In this document: positions 1 through 9,257 of the stretch, piece by piece | Numbering within the stretch: position 1 is the stretch's first letter | How the letters are laid out: every line of letters starts with the position of its first letter | From: Spirochaetaceae bacterium | GTDB lineage: Bacteria; Spirochaetota; Spirochaetia; CADAEX01 | DNA: 30,609 nt | Assembly (NCBI GenBank): GCA_009778835.1 | Contig: WRFK01000001.1 | Coordinates: 1-30,609, forward strand | Reading direction: 5' to 3' | The notes under the pieces: generated by a model | The model's input: the letters and a program-made list of their open reading frames with translations, nothing else | What the model was told of the DNA's origin: nothing | The model's database searches: none | Position numbers and translations under genes: made by a program

Positions 1-425
1 AGAAGATGAAGAGCCTGAAATTCCCATTCGCCCCGCTGCATGGGGATAACAGAATATTCAAAAACAAGAAAGGAATTTTTTTGCAGCCCTTTTCTGTCAA
101 GAGCAACAGGAAATACCTGACATGCCATGGAAGAAGGATAAATATCAAAAAGTTTTATTTTTGTTGCCAGGAATCCTTTTAAGCTTCTTTTTATTTTTAG
201 CTTTACTGCAGTTGCCTCTCCAAGCGATAACGAAGTATTGATATGGCGCTCTATATTTAGAGTATCGATCATAAGTGCTAAAAAAACCGCATCTATAATG
301 ATAATTGGCAGAGCAATAACTCCTGATAAAAACCAAACAAGAGATAAAGGGGCAGAGAAAAATCCCCCTGCTCCAAGTAGCAGCCATAAAATTGCTCCGA
401 CAAACAGAGCTGGTCCTGGTTTCAT
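1..425 (-). CDS. DUF58-family protein (MoxR-associated), 5' part only; runs off the window edge
   Basis: Not in the ORF track because it has no stop in the window. Manual translation from ATG at 425 is open to base 1: MKPGPALFVGAILWLLLGAGG...LNIERHINTSLSLGEATAVKLKI...EYSVIPMQRGEWEF. Hydrophobic N-terminus then an Ig-like segment ending P..RG is typical of DUF58 proteins; it starts 2 nt after the moxR stop. Confidence 0.8.
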   Translation of the reverse strand, partial: MKPGPALFVGAILWLLLGAGGFFSAPLSLVWFLSGVIALPIIIIDAVFLALMIDTLNIERHINTSLSLGEATAVKLKIKRSLKGFLATKIKLFDIYPSSMACQVFPVALDRKGLQKNSFLVFEYSVIPMQRGEWEFQALHL

Positions 426-427
426 GT

Positions 428-1495
428 TTAGGCTTGCTCCCGACTTTCGTTGGTGCGGGCTCTGTCATCCCGATGTGTACCATTGTCATCCCGACGAAAG
501 TCGGGATCACTAGGAGATGAAGGGCGGGGAGATTCTGTTTTTGCGATAATATTTTCTACTATTTGGGCTTCGGTTAACCCTTCAAGTTCACTCTCTGCTG
601 AAAGTGTGATCCTGTGGCTAAGAACCGGTAATGCTACTGCTTTTATATCATCAGGTAAAATAAAATCCCTGCCATTTATAAGCGCTCTTCCTCTTGCGCA
701 CCGTATCAACGCAAGGCTTCCCCGTGGCCCTGCGCCTGCCTGTATGGAAGGTTCTGAGCGGGTGGTTGCAACAAGCCTTACAGCATAATCTATAATAGAA
801 GGATCGACCCGCAGCGAATAAGTTAAGTTTTGTATAGCCATGAATTCTTTTGGGCTTAGTATTTGTGATACAGCAGAAACAGAGAGCTCTGCGCCTGTGT
901 CTCCGGATAATATACAAGAGACCATCTCTTTTTCTTCTTCTTTTTCAGGATAAGAAGCAAGAACTTTCATAAGAAAGCGATCTTTCTGCGCATCAGGGAG
1001 AGGATATGTCCCTTCGTGCTCATAAGGATTTTGCGTTGCCAGAACCATGAAAGGTTTGGGGAGAGGATGGCTTACCCCATCGAGGCTTACCTGAAACTCC
1101 TGCATTGCTTCGAAAAGAGCTGCCTGGGTTTTTGCAGGAGCGCGGTTGATCTCATCGGCAATAAAAAGGTGGGTAAAGAGAGGCCCTTTTTTTGTTACAA
1201 AATCTCCTGTGGAAGAATTGAGCATAATGTTACCTGTTATATCGCTTGGCATAAGGTCGGGAGTAAACTGCACCCGTTTTGAACTGCCTCCCATGGCCTG
1301 TGCAATAGCGCGAACAAGAAGTGTTTTTCCAAGCCCGGGCACCCCTTCGACAAGAATGTGCCCTCCTGCCAGCAGCGTAATCATCGTAAGCTCGACAAGA
1401 TTTTTTTGGCCAATAAAAGCTTTGGCAATTTCACTTCTGAGTGATTCAATAGCAGCTGCAGCTGATTCTATTGTATAAATCTGTTTTTCTTTCAT
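428..1495 (-). CDS. moxR: MoxR-family AAA+ ATPase
   Basis: Walker A GVPGLGKT, RVQFTPDLMPSDITG, Walker B DEINRA, ATQNP, DRF, GPRG. Start taken as ATG 1495 (MKEKQ), giving an ATGA overlap with the upstream gene's stop, rather than 1615. Confidence 0.95.
   Translation of the reverse strand: MKEKQIYTIESAAAAIESLRSEIAKAFIGQKNLVELTMITLLAGGHILVEGVPGLGKTLLVRAIAQAMGGSSKRVQFTPDLMPSDITGNIMLNSSTGDFVTKKGPLFTHLFIADEINRAPAKTQAALFEAMQEFQVSLDGVSHPLPKPFMVLATQNPYEHEGTYPLPDAQKDRFLMKVLASYPEKEEEKEMVSCILSGDTGAELSVSAVSQILSPKEFMAIQNLTYSLRVDPSIIDYAVRLVATTRSEPSIQAGAGPRGSLALIRCARGRALINGRDFILPDDIKAVALPVLSHRITLSAESELEGLTEAQIVENIIAKTESPRPSSPSDPDFRRDDNGTHRDDRARTNESREQA
436..508. repeat. REP/dRS3-like palindromic element inside the moxR 3' end
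   Basis: Hairpin ATCCCGAC-GAAA-GTCGGGAT at 488-507; inverted partial copy TCCCGACTTTCGT at 438-450; GTCATCCCGA at both 464 and 485. Confidence 0.75.
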
Positions 1496-2661
1496 AACCG
1501 CTCCATTATGGTTTCTATAGTATAGATGTGCTTTATAAATTCCTGGTTTGTCAAGCGCCCTTTTCTTGCTAAAGGAGCAAGCGCTTCTGTGACATCTTCT
1601 TTGTTCAGATCGCAAATTTCAGCTAATCGCGAAAAGAAAGATGATTCATCATCGATAATTTCTCCGTATTGTTGTCTAAACCGCTGTTTTAAAGAGATAT
1701 AATAAATTTCAAGATAACTTCCTAACCCTTTATATTTTTTTAGAAAACGGGCTTCTGCAAGAAACCTTTCCTGCATTGGTTTTCCCGGCCGTGCTCGCTC
1801 CGCATCCGAATCTTCTGCAAGTGATCCAAAAACAGGGATAACCATCCAAAACCCTATGGCTATTAAAACAAGAGCAGATATAAGAAGCAAGGAAAAATTT
1901 CCCCTTTCTGCAAGTTTACCGAAAAAGCCCGGTTCTGTTTTTACTCCTCTGACAAAAAGCATTCCTTTTTTTTCAATATCCTGTTTCCCGGTAAGGTGCC
2001 AGCCAAGCAGGGCATTTTTTTCTTTATCCAGATTCCGGGATTTCATAAAAACAGGATCGCCGCATAATGTTATAGATCCTTTATTAATAAAAATGCGCAC
2101 CAGTTTTATTTTTCCGGATGCATCGGATATGGACTCTGTTTTCTTTTCCGCATAATTGGCAAGAGGCCTCAAAATTGTAAAACTTACAGAGCTGTCTAAG
2201 GTTGGAAAATCATCGTTGCTCGAACGAGAATTGTTTTCCCATGTTTCAGATCCATTATAGTTTGCCATTACTCCAAGCTCTGACAAGAAACCTGTAATGC
2301 CCTGTTTTTCAGCGTCAATTTCTTCAATATCCAGGCAGATAATAAGATGTCCGCCATCTTCTGCCCATTGTTGCAGTTTGCTATATGTATCCTGCTGCCA
2401 TCTAAAAAGAGAGGCAAAGATGATTGCGTTTTTTTCCGGAGCAGAAAGGAGTATGGAGCTATTTGCATAAGAGATAACCCGGACAGGATGCCCTGTTTTA
2501 TTGAGCCACTGTTCCATTGCAAGAAATTCGTTTGTCCGCGCCTGGCGCGAAGCTTTTTTATATACAGTTGTTTCATAAATTTCAAAAAAGTTATATGCAA
2601 AAACAGCAAGTATTGTTAAAGCTGTTATAATCAAAAAAAATGGGATTGCATGTTTACGCAT
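1492..2661 (-). CDS. DUF4350-like membrane-anchored protein
   Basis: N-terminal TM helix, RTNEFLAMEQWL, WAEDGGHLII, GKGSITL-like motif, second TM helix near the C-terminal third, and position upstream of moxR. Start likely ATG 2661, overlapping the upstream stop. Confidence 0.7.
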   Translation of the reverse strand: MRKHAIPFFLIITALTILAVFAYNFFEIYETTVYKKASRQARTNEFLAMEQWLNKTGHPVRVISYANSSILLSAPEKNAIIFASLFRWQQDTYSKLQQWAEDGGHLIICLDIEEIDAEKQGITGFLSELGVMANYNGSETWENNSRSSNDDFPTLDSSVSFTILRPLANYAEKKTESISDASGKIKLVRIFINKGSITLCGDPVFMKSRNLDKEKNALLGWHLTGKQDIEKKGMLFVRGVKTEPGFFGKLAERGNFSLLLISALVLIAIGFWMVIPVFGSLAEDSDAERARPGKPMQERFLAEARFLKKYKGLGSYLEIYYISLKQRFRQQYGEIIDDESSFFSRLAEICDLNKEDVTEALAPLARKGRLTNQEFIKHIYTIETIMERL

Positions 2662-4183
2662 GGGAAGCTGCCTCTTCCGTAAGCTGGTCAAGAGATGTAC
2701 AAAACTTTATTGCTTTTTCAAAAATGCCGTTATCCGGAGTTTTCCCGCCATATGCCAAGTCTGTCCATGATAAAACAAGATCGTTAAAACCATCAGCATT
2801 GCGTGCTTTTGCTTTTTTAACTATAGACAGGCAATCATATTCTGTTGCATCAAGAGGAAATTCCAAATCGCTTTGTATTGAATAGATAACAATAGCTGCC
2901 AGGAAACATTTTGCCCAGGCATCGCGAATCAGCCCTTGATTATGCAACAAGGTTGCTTCTGCAAGCAGTTCCCCGGGGTCTGCGAATCCTGCGATTGTCG
3001 AAAAAGAGCTTTTCCATTTTTTTTCTTTTTTACCGCTCACTGCGCTGTTTTTCTTTAACTTATAAAGTCTTAATGTTATATATCCCACAGCAAATATAAT
3101 TGCCAATATAAAAATTGCAAAAAGCAAAAACCCAAAAAATTCTTTTATTTTTTCGATCCAGCCCCAATTTATTTTTGGCAGCTCTTTTGGCGCTTTTGGG
3201 TTCTTGAGCCTGATGCCCCAGGTATCTGTGTTGCCGCCAAAGTCCGGGGAACTTAGAATCTGCTTTAAAACATCTGTTGGCGCATCTGCGCTGGTCTGTT
3301 TAAAACTCTGGTTTTGTTCCGCATAAACACTTTGTAAAGGAGAAAGGATTAAAAATAATCCTATTGAAATAAAGATAATTGTTTTTAGTATGGTTGAAGA
3401 ACCCACAACTATGGATGAAGATCCAGTAACGCGAGAGGCTACTAAAGATTGCTTTTGTTTTACGAAATTTCGCAATGATAATTGAATATCCCATCCTTCA
3501 ACCTCAATCCTGCTATTAATGTAAATACCAAAACCCATACATACATAAAGAGGTTCTATGAGAATAAGATTAAGGCATACTGCGCAAAAAACAAGAAGTT
3601 CAATTGTATCTATGTATTGCCATAAAGAAGCAAGAGGTATTATATGAATCATCTCAAGGAGAAGAACAGCAAAAAGTATTTCTCCTATAAGAAGAGAAAA
3701 GAAAATAACAGTTGTTACGATTGTAAGAGAAGAACAAAAATTTAAGCCGCCGGCTTCGAGTGTTTTTATTCTTGTTCTGGCAGCTTTGCCTGAAAGCTGT
3801 TCCAAAGTTCTGACTGGCATACGTGCTGCCCGCCATATACTAAACCGCCGCCATAGCAGGTCTCCGGTAAGAGCAGTAAAGAAGGATTTAAAAAAGCCTT
3901 TTATTATTCTGGAGAATGTTGCCTGCGGTTCGAAAAAGCGTACAGAAATAACATGAAGCACAGGGCGGGCAAAAAGGGGTTTTAACCACCAGAGTAAAAT
4001 ATATGACCATGGCCGCTCATGCAGGGGAGAGAGCCGAAGAAAAACAGCAACAGCAATGAAAGGCAATACCATCAGGATAATGAAATAAAAAAAATTATTT
4101 CTCCATAAAAGTATTCCTGAGTCCGCAGCTTCCCAACTGCTTCTTTGGCGCAGTTTAAGAGAGCTTGTCAAAGGTTCAGCCAT
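2654..4183 (-). CDS. Multi-pass membrane protein with C-terminal DUF4129-like domain
   Basis: LRQRSSWEAADSG start, RIEVEGWDIQL motif, several TM segments, C-terminal DATEYDCL...WTDLAYGG; operon context. Confidence 0.7.
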   Translation of the reverse strand: MAEPLTSSLKLRQRSSWEAADSGILLWRNNFFYFIILMVLPFIAVAVFLRLSPLHERPWSYILLWWLKPLFARPVLHVISVRFFEPQATFSRIIKGFFKSFFTALTGDLLWRRFSIWRAARMPVRTLEQLSGKAARTRIKTLEAGGLNFCSSLTIVTTVIFFSLLIGEILFAVLLLEMIHIIPLASLWQYIDTIELLVFCAVCLNLILIEPLYVCMGFGIYINSRIEVEGWDIQLSLRNFVKQKQSLVASRVTGSSSIVVGSSTILKTIIFISIGLFLILSPLQSVYAEQNQSFKQTSADAPTDVLKQILSSPDFGGNTDTWGIRLKNPKAPKELPKINWGWIEKIKEFFGFLLFAIFILAIIFAVGYITLRLYKLKKNSAVSGKKEKKWKSSFSTIAGFADPGELLAEATLLHNQGLIRDAWAKCFLAAIVIYSIQSDLEFPLDATEYDCLSIVKKAKARNADGFNDLVLSWTDLAYGGKTPDNGIFEKAIKFCTSLDQLTEEAASHA

Positions 4184-5138
4184 TTTTTACCCGCCCTGTG
4201 AATATAAAATAGAGGTATAAAAAAAGCCAGCCTGCAATGCCTGCAATATAGCGCGCTGCCAAGGGTATCTGATGTTTGGATGACCAAAATGCTTCGATAA
4301 CTGCTGCAATAACAAGTAAAATAGTGCTGCCGGTTATTAATGGGATAGCTGTTTTTCCTGCAATACGCAAAGATGCTTGCCTTGTTAGCCCTTTTGTTAC
4401 AAAAAGGCTATAGCCAAGAATTAATCCTGCATGGGCGCTTAAAATAATTGCAGAAAGCTCAAAACTGCTGTGTCCTATTATAAAAGGGAAAAATGTTTGG
4501 GAAAATCCTTTGTTGATTATATGGGCTGCTGCAGTGCCAAAAAAAAGAGCATTAAAGGAAAGGATAAAAAGGCTGCCCACTCCGGCAAGAATACCTCCTG
4601 CAAAAGTTCTGAATGCAATTGAAATATTGTTATATATGTAAAAACCAAACATATCTGCATCTGAACTTACATTTCTTGGTGTAAGGAAATGGGCGCTTTC
4701 GGGATCATACATTGTTTCAATTTGCGCTGCCTGGTTTTCAGGCATTATTTCATAGACAAAATCGGGAAATTTGAGACATAGCGCTATTGTAAAAAAAGCG
4801 ATTCCATAAAAAATAAGGTGGGCAATAGCGATCCCTTTCCATGTGGCTCTTATTGAGCAGGGAAAAGTTTTGAGAATAAAATCCGAAAACTTTCTAAGCG
4901 ACAATGTGCGCTGACCATATAATAGCTGATTTCCTTCAAGAACAAGGCGATTAAGCCTCTCTATAAGAGCAGGATCAAATGCATGTGCGCGAGCAGTGTT
5001 GAGGTCTTGCGTTAGCTCCCGAAAGGCTTTTGGAAACCATGAGGCTTGAGTTTTTATCTCCTTGAATTCCCCGGTTACAACCCCTTCTATTTTATTCCAG
5101 AGTTGCTGGCGGCGTTTAACAAAATTTTGTTGGGTCAT
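4176..5138 (-). CDS. Stage II sporulation protein M (SpoIIM/DUF95) family membrane protein
   Basis: FYIYNNISIAF, GHSSFELSAIILS, AAVIEAFWS motifs. ATG 5138 forms an ATGA overlap with the RDD stop. Confidence 0.85.
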   Translation of the reverse strand: MTQQNFVKRRQQLWNKIEGVVTGEFKEIKTQASWFPKAFRELTQDLNTARAHAFDPALIERLNRLVLEGNQLLYGQRTLSLRKFSDFILKTFPCSIRATWKGIAIAHLIFYGIAFFTIALCLKFPDFVYEIMPENQAAQIETMYDPESAHFLTPRNVSSDADMFGFYIYNNISIAFRTFAGGILAGVGSLFILSFNALFFGTAAAHIINKGFSQTFFPFIIGHSSFELSAIILSAHAGLILGYSLFVTKGLTRQASLRIAGKTAIPLITGSTILLVIAAVIEAFWSSKHQIPLAARYIAGIAGWLFLYLYFIFTGRVKNG

Positions 5139-5869
5139 GAACATTCCCCGCTTAATTTTTTGGCTATTCCAAGAAGATATTCGGAATCAGAACAATTTGC
5201 GGCAATCTGTTCTCTGTTTTGGAAAATATGCGCATAGCTGCCGGCTATTTCATCTGCTCTGGCTTTACTCATAAGAGGATAACGCCGCGCAAACATCAGT
5301 ATGGTCTGTTTTTCTTCATAAGATAAACCTTTGGATGGGGTTACTGTCTCGTATCTTGAAAGCCATGACATATCAAAGCGCCTTGAATTGGATAATGAAT
5401 TTGTTGTATAGATAACCAGAGTGTCTGCTGCCCAATCTCCAAGCCTTCTGAATCCATTGCTTGCGCTCATGCAGATCAATGCGATTATATAAAGAAACAA
5501 AAAGGTGTCTGCAAATCTTAATAGATTGCGTAAAAAAGATGCTCCCGGGTTTATGGGAGAACCATCGCTTCTTACTACCCGCAATCCAAGAATTTTTTTC
5601 CCAAGGCTTTGTCCCTTAAAAAATATTTCGCAAATAACATGGTAGAACCAGCTTACTCCAAAAAGAATAAGCATCCAAAGCCATGTTCCGACTATTGCTA
5701 TAAGAGAATTAATCGTTAAAGCTGCTGTAATAATAAAAATAAGCTGGATTGCGAAATCAATTGAATATGAACAAGCGCGGATCAAAAAACCAGCAGGATA
5801 AAGAATAAATTCTATCCCTTCCGGAGTTTGCACGCTTAGTGATGTATCTCTCTCTTTAGGTAAACCCAT
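5135..5869 (-). CDS. RDD family protein
   Basis: TPEGIEF, R..YSID, GQSLGKKILGLRVV, LRNLLRFAD, RRLGDWAADT. Start ATG 5869 overlaps the upstream TGA by 1 nt. Confidence 0.9.
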   Translation of the reverse strand: MGLPKERDTSLSVQTPEGIEFILYPAGFLIRACSYSIDFAIQLIFIITAALTINSLIAIVGTWLWMLILFGVSWFYHVICEIFFKGQSLGKKILGLRVVRSDGSPINPGASFLRNLLRFADTFLFLYIIALICMSASNGFRRLGDWAADTLVIYTTNSLSNSRRFDMSWLSRYETVTPSKGLSYEEKQTILMFARRYPLMSKARADEIAGSYAHIFQNREQIAANCSDSEYLLGIAKKLSGECS

Positions 5870-6372
5870 CAGAATATGCCAAGTAACCCGGTACCAATTA
5901 CTGAAATTATAGCAATTACTATTCCCACTGGAATGACTGCAAGGTATATGATGCATAAAATTCCGCAAAATTTCCATAAGGACTTGTTGTTTTTAAATGC
6001 CATTTCAAGATCTTGCGCGTTATTGCTCTGCATGAAACTCCGAATTTTTGCTCCAAAGTTGTAAGTAAAACGGGCAGGGAAAAACATAATTACTCCGGCA
6101 ATTATGTAAACTATGCCCATAGATGCGCCCAGAAGACCTGAGTATATATCTGATAAACCAGCAAGCAATGGCATGGCAATCATAAAGCCAACTCCTGCAA
6201 GAACTGTAATGCCACACCCGATAAAAGATAAAATGCCTATAAATCTGAGCCATGGAGCAGATTCTCTTAAATATTTTACCATGTCTATTGTTAGTCCGTT
6301 GCCTGAAACTGCTGGTTTTGGGGCATTTAAATCTGCATCAGGAGCCTGATATGGGTTTATATTCTCTGACAA
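5869..6372 (-). CDS. DUF5362-like small membrane protein
   Basis: NPYQAP N-terminus, PWLRFIGILSFIG, three TM helices, LWKFCGIL; TTG start. Confidence 0.65.
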   Translation of the reverse strand: MSENINPYQAPDADLNAPKPAVSGNGLTIDMVKYLRESAPWLRFIGILSFIGCGITVLAGVGFMIAMPLLAGLSDIYSGLLGASMGIVYIIAGVIMFFPARFTYNFGAKIRSFMQSNNAQDLEMAFKNNKSLWKFCGILCIIYLAVIPVGIVIAIISVIGTGLLGIF

Positions 6373-6485
6373 CTTTTTCTCCTTATCATTATGGGTTAAT
6401 TATGTTTTTTCGTCTAAAGCTGCAAAATACAGATTAAATAATATTATTGTGCAGTGCAAAATGCAAACTTATTATTAAAATCAGG

Positions 6486-7499
6486 TTATTTTCTTTTTTT
6501 GAGAAGCTGTTTTTTGTAAGATTTTTTTTCTTTTCCAAGAAGTTCTGCTGTCTGTTGTTTAGCTTGCCGTTTATATGAGAAAAGGATAAATAGTAGTCCG
6601 CAAGCAATCATAAGAAAGCAGAGAATCTGCCCCATTGTAAAATTTAAAAAAGAATCAAGCTTGTATATATAGCCTGGTTTACTTGAAAGTTTTAAAATAA
6701 AACCAATTTTATAATCAGGCTCTCTGAAGTATTCTATAAAAAATCTTACAAAACCATAACCTGTAATGTATGATCCTATAAGAGCGCCAGGAGGAAGTTT
6801 TATCTTTCTCATAACAAACCATAGAAAAGCCCAGAGAACAATGCCTTCGAGAAAAGCTTCATACAGTTGACTTGGGTGCCGCGGCAGATTTACATAAGCG
6901 CTTATAGTCGATATATCAATACCGGCTTTTGCGGCAATTTCCAATACCCAGTTTTCCCGTATGCTAAAAGGGGCGGCATCCGGAAAGATCATTCCCCAGG
7001 GAGCTGTTGTTACGCGGCCATAAAGCTCTCCGTTTGCAAAATTACCAAGCCTTCCAAAGGTATAGCCGGCAGGAATGGCAACAGCAATCAGGTCTCCTGT
7101 TTCAAGAAGGTTAAAATTTTTTATTTTGCAATAAATAGCAACAGCAACAAATCCTCCAATAAGTCCGCCGTGATAAGACATCCCCTGGAGTCCTATAAAA
7201 TGAAAGTTGCTGTCAAATGGCCAGAAAATAAGGTGTGGGCTTTCCCAATATTGTCCACTTTTATCATAAACAAGCGCATAGAATATTCTTGCTCCCAGAA
7301 GAATACCAAGAATACCCCATGAAAAAATATTGGTTAAAGTATCATCTGTTGTTTTAAGATCTTTTTCTTTTATTTGTTTTTTTACAAGAAAGTAGGCAAT
7401 GGCAAAAGCAACTATATACATAAGGCCATACCATCTTACAGGAAGAACAGGAAAAATTTCCGGTTTTAGCCAGGAAGGATAATTAATAAAAGAAAGCAT
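6486..7499 (-). CDS. lgt: Prolipoprotein diacylglyceryl transferase
   Basis: RWYGLMY, GILLGARIFY, GMSYHGG, GRLGNFANGELYGR, RHPSQLYE, RFFIEYFREPD. Confidence 0.97.
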   Translation of the reverse strand: MLSFINYPSWLKPEIFPVLPVRWYGLMYIVAFAIAYFLVKKQIKEKDLKTTDDTLTNIFSWGILGILLGARIFYALVYDKSGQYWESPHLIFWPFDSNFHFIGLQGMSYHGGLIGGFVAVAIYCKIKNFNLLETGDLIAVAIPAGYTFGRLGNFANGELYGRVTTAPWGMIFPDAAPFSIRENWVLEIAAKAGIDISTISAYVNLPRHPSQLYEAFLEGIVLWAFLWFVMRKIKLPPGALIGSYITGYGFVRFFIEYFREPDYKIGFILKLSSKPGYIYKLDSFLNFTMGQILCFLMIACGLLFILFSYKRQAKQQTAELLGKEKKSYKKQLLKKRK

Positions 7500-7535
7500 A
7501 GTTACTCCTGTATAAAATTTGCAAGATACATTTCA

Positions 7536-8675
7536 TTAAAATTTATAACCCGCGTTAGAAGCTTTAACTATTTTGGATTTTAACAGAGTATTTTCTTTTT
7601 TTAATTCATTTATTTCCATCTGTTGCGTTTTTACGATATCGATTATATCTGAAGATGATAGTGTTCCGCTGTGGAGAAGTTCTTCCATTGATTGTATTTT
7701 TGAAGAAAAGTCCAACTGAGCTTCGGTTTCCGCGTTTGCATAAGATTCATCAAAATAATCTTCGTCCGCTCTTGTATCGTGCCGGTAATCTGCCATAAGT
7801 TTATCTGCAATTCTGTAAACAGCCTGTGAAAGAACAGATTTCGGTTTATACATAACTATAGGCAATCTGGAGTTAAGCGAAATTGCCTGGAGTTCGTCGC
7901 GATAAATAACGCCTAAATGTTCCAGGTCAAAACCAAGATATTGCCTGCATGATTTTCTGAGTTTTCCCGCAAGTGTTGCCTGTCTCGGGTCTTCTACCAT
8001 GTTCATTATAAGTAACGGTGAAAAATTCTTTATTTTTTCCATAAAGATGGTATAGCTTTCCGGATCTTCTTTTTTTATTACTTCAAGAAATTTGGGAATA
8101 TACATTTTTTGTATTGCGGTGCTGTCTTCCCGAAGTTTATCTACATGCGATCTTGCAATGGTTTTTCTGCGAAAGGAGGTGTCCATTATTCTGAATATTG
8201 ACTGTTTGATAAAAATATAGGCATTAAGGGTTGCTGTTAAAGCAGGTGTTGTTACAATTATTCCCTGTCCTGCTGCAAGAAAAAAATCAATAGTGTTATA
8301 ATTTGTTCCTGCCCCCAAATCCATTATAAGATAATCAGAATTAAGGGAAAAAAGATTTTTTAAAAGCTTTCTTTTTTGCAAGGTTTTAAGATTTGCCATT
8401 CCCGGCATATCTGAATCACCTGGTATAAACTGAACATTCTTATAATCAGTATCATAGATGATTGAATTAAAAGAAGCTCCAGGGGTATTTAAAAAACTTC
8501 CGATTCCCCCCCGTACTCCTGTCATTCCCAAGACAACATGAAGATTTGAACCTCCAAGGTCCATATCAGCAAGAACAACTTTTTTCCCTGCCTGCCCAAG
8601 CGCAAGTGCAAGGTTTGCCGAAACCAAAGTTTTTCCCACGCCGCCTTTTCCGCTGGCTATTGGTATTACCTGCAT
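7536..8675 (-). CDS. MinD/ParA/FlhG-like P-loop ATPase with C-terminal coiled-coil extension
   Basis: Deviant Walker A SGKGGVGKT, DMDLGGSNL, DLGAG; heptad-like C-terminus EINELKKENTLLKSKI. Confidence 0.85.
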   Translation of the reverse strand: MQVIPIASGKGGVGKTLVSANLALALGQAGKKVVLADMDLGGSNLHVVLGMTGVRGGIGSFLNTPGASFNSIIYDTDYKNVQFIPGDSDMPGMANLKTLQKRKLLKNLFSLNSDYLIMDLGAGTNYNTIDFFLAAGQGIIVTTPALTATLNAYIFIKQSIFRIMDTSFRRKTIARSHVDKLREDSTAIQKMYIPKFLEVIKKEDPESYTIFMEKIKNFSPLLIMNMVEDPRQATLAGKLRKSCRQYLGFDLEHLGVIYRDELQAISLNSRLPIVMYKPKSVLSQAVYRIADKLMADYRHDTRADEDYFDESYANAETEAQLDFSSKIQSMEELLHSGTLSSSDIIDIVKTQQMEINELKKENTLLKSKIVKASNAGYKF

Positions 8676-9047
8676 TTACTCCCTCGATAAATTAGTGAAA
8701 TATTTTTTTGTTAAATAAATCATAAACAGCATGATAATGGTATCCACAAGAAGTATATTAGCTGTAAAAATGACTTCAAAAAACAGATGTTGAGTAATAA
8801 AAACCATTTTTGTCAAATAAATTATTCCGGTAAAAATTCCCAAAGCTTTGCCTGCTATAACAATTTTCATATAATGACAATATTTATTGGTATTATAACA
8901 TAAAAACAGATAAATATAAAATAATACAAGCTGTTGTGATAAAATCCATAAAATAAAAGAGTTTTCTGCCTGCTTTTGCGCTAGAAAAAAGAGAAGGGAA
9001 AATCTTAAAACCTCCCACAAAAATCCTGCAAGAAAGTATTTTCTCAT
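8676..9047 (-). CDS. Hypothetical small membrane protein
   Basis: About four hydrophobic segments; stop directly abuts the ATPase start. Confidence 0.7.
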   Translation of the reverse strand: MRKYFLAGFLWEVLRFSLLFFLAQKQAENSFILWILSQQLVLFYIYLFLCYNTNKYCHYMKIVIAGKALGIFTGIIYLTKMVFITQHLFFEVIFTANILLVDTIIMLFMIYLTKKYFTNLSRE

Positions 9048-9257
9048 TTGATATTTAGTTTACGTATAGTTGCTTATTGGGTCAATAAGATTGTATGTTT
9101 TTTTATAAAGAGCTAATCATGTATTTTATATAACTCCTTGACAAATTATCACCATAAATAGGATTATTTTAATATACTTAATTCACAGCTATTTTGCAGC
9201 AAGACCAGGCCTTATGGAAATTAGCGAGTTAATTAATGCCTGCTAAAGGGGTAACAA

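Noticed and set aside
2-49. Plus-strand frame EDEEPEIPIRPAAWG-stop resembling a gene end
   Set aside because: It is antisense to the open DUF58-like frame on the minus strand.
145-510. 121-aa minus-strand ORF starting MIPTFVGMT
   Set aside because: It starts inside the palindromic repeat and is an alternative frame over the DUF58-like gene.
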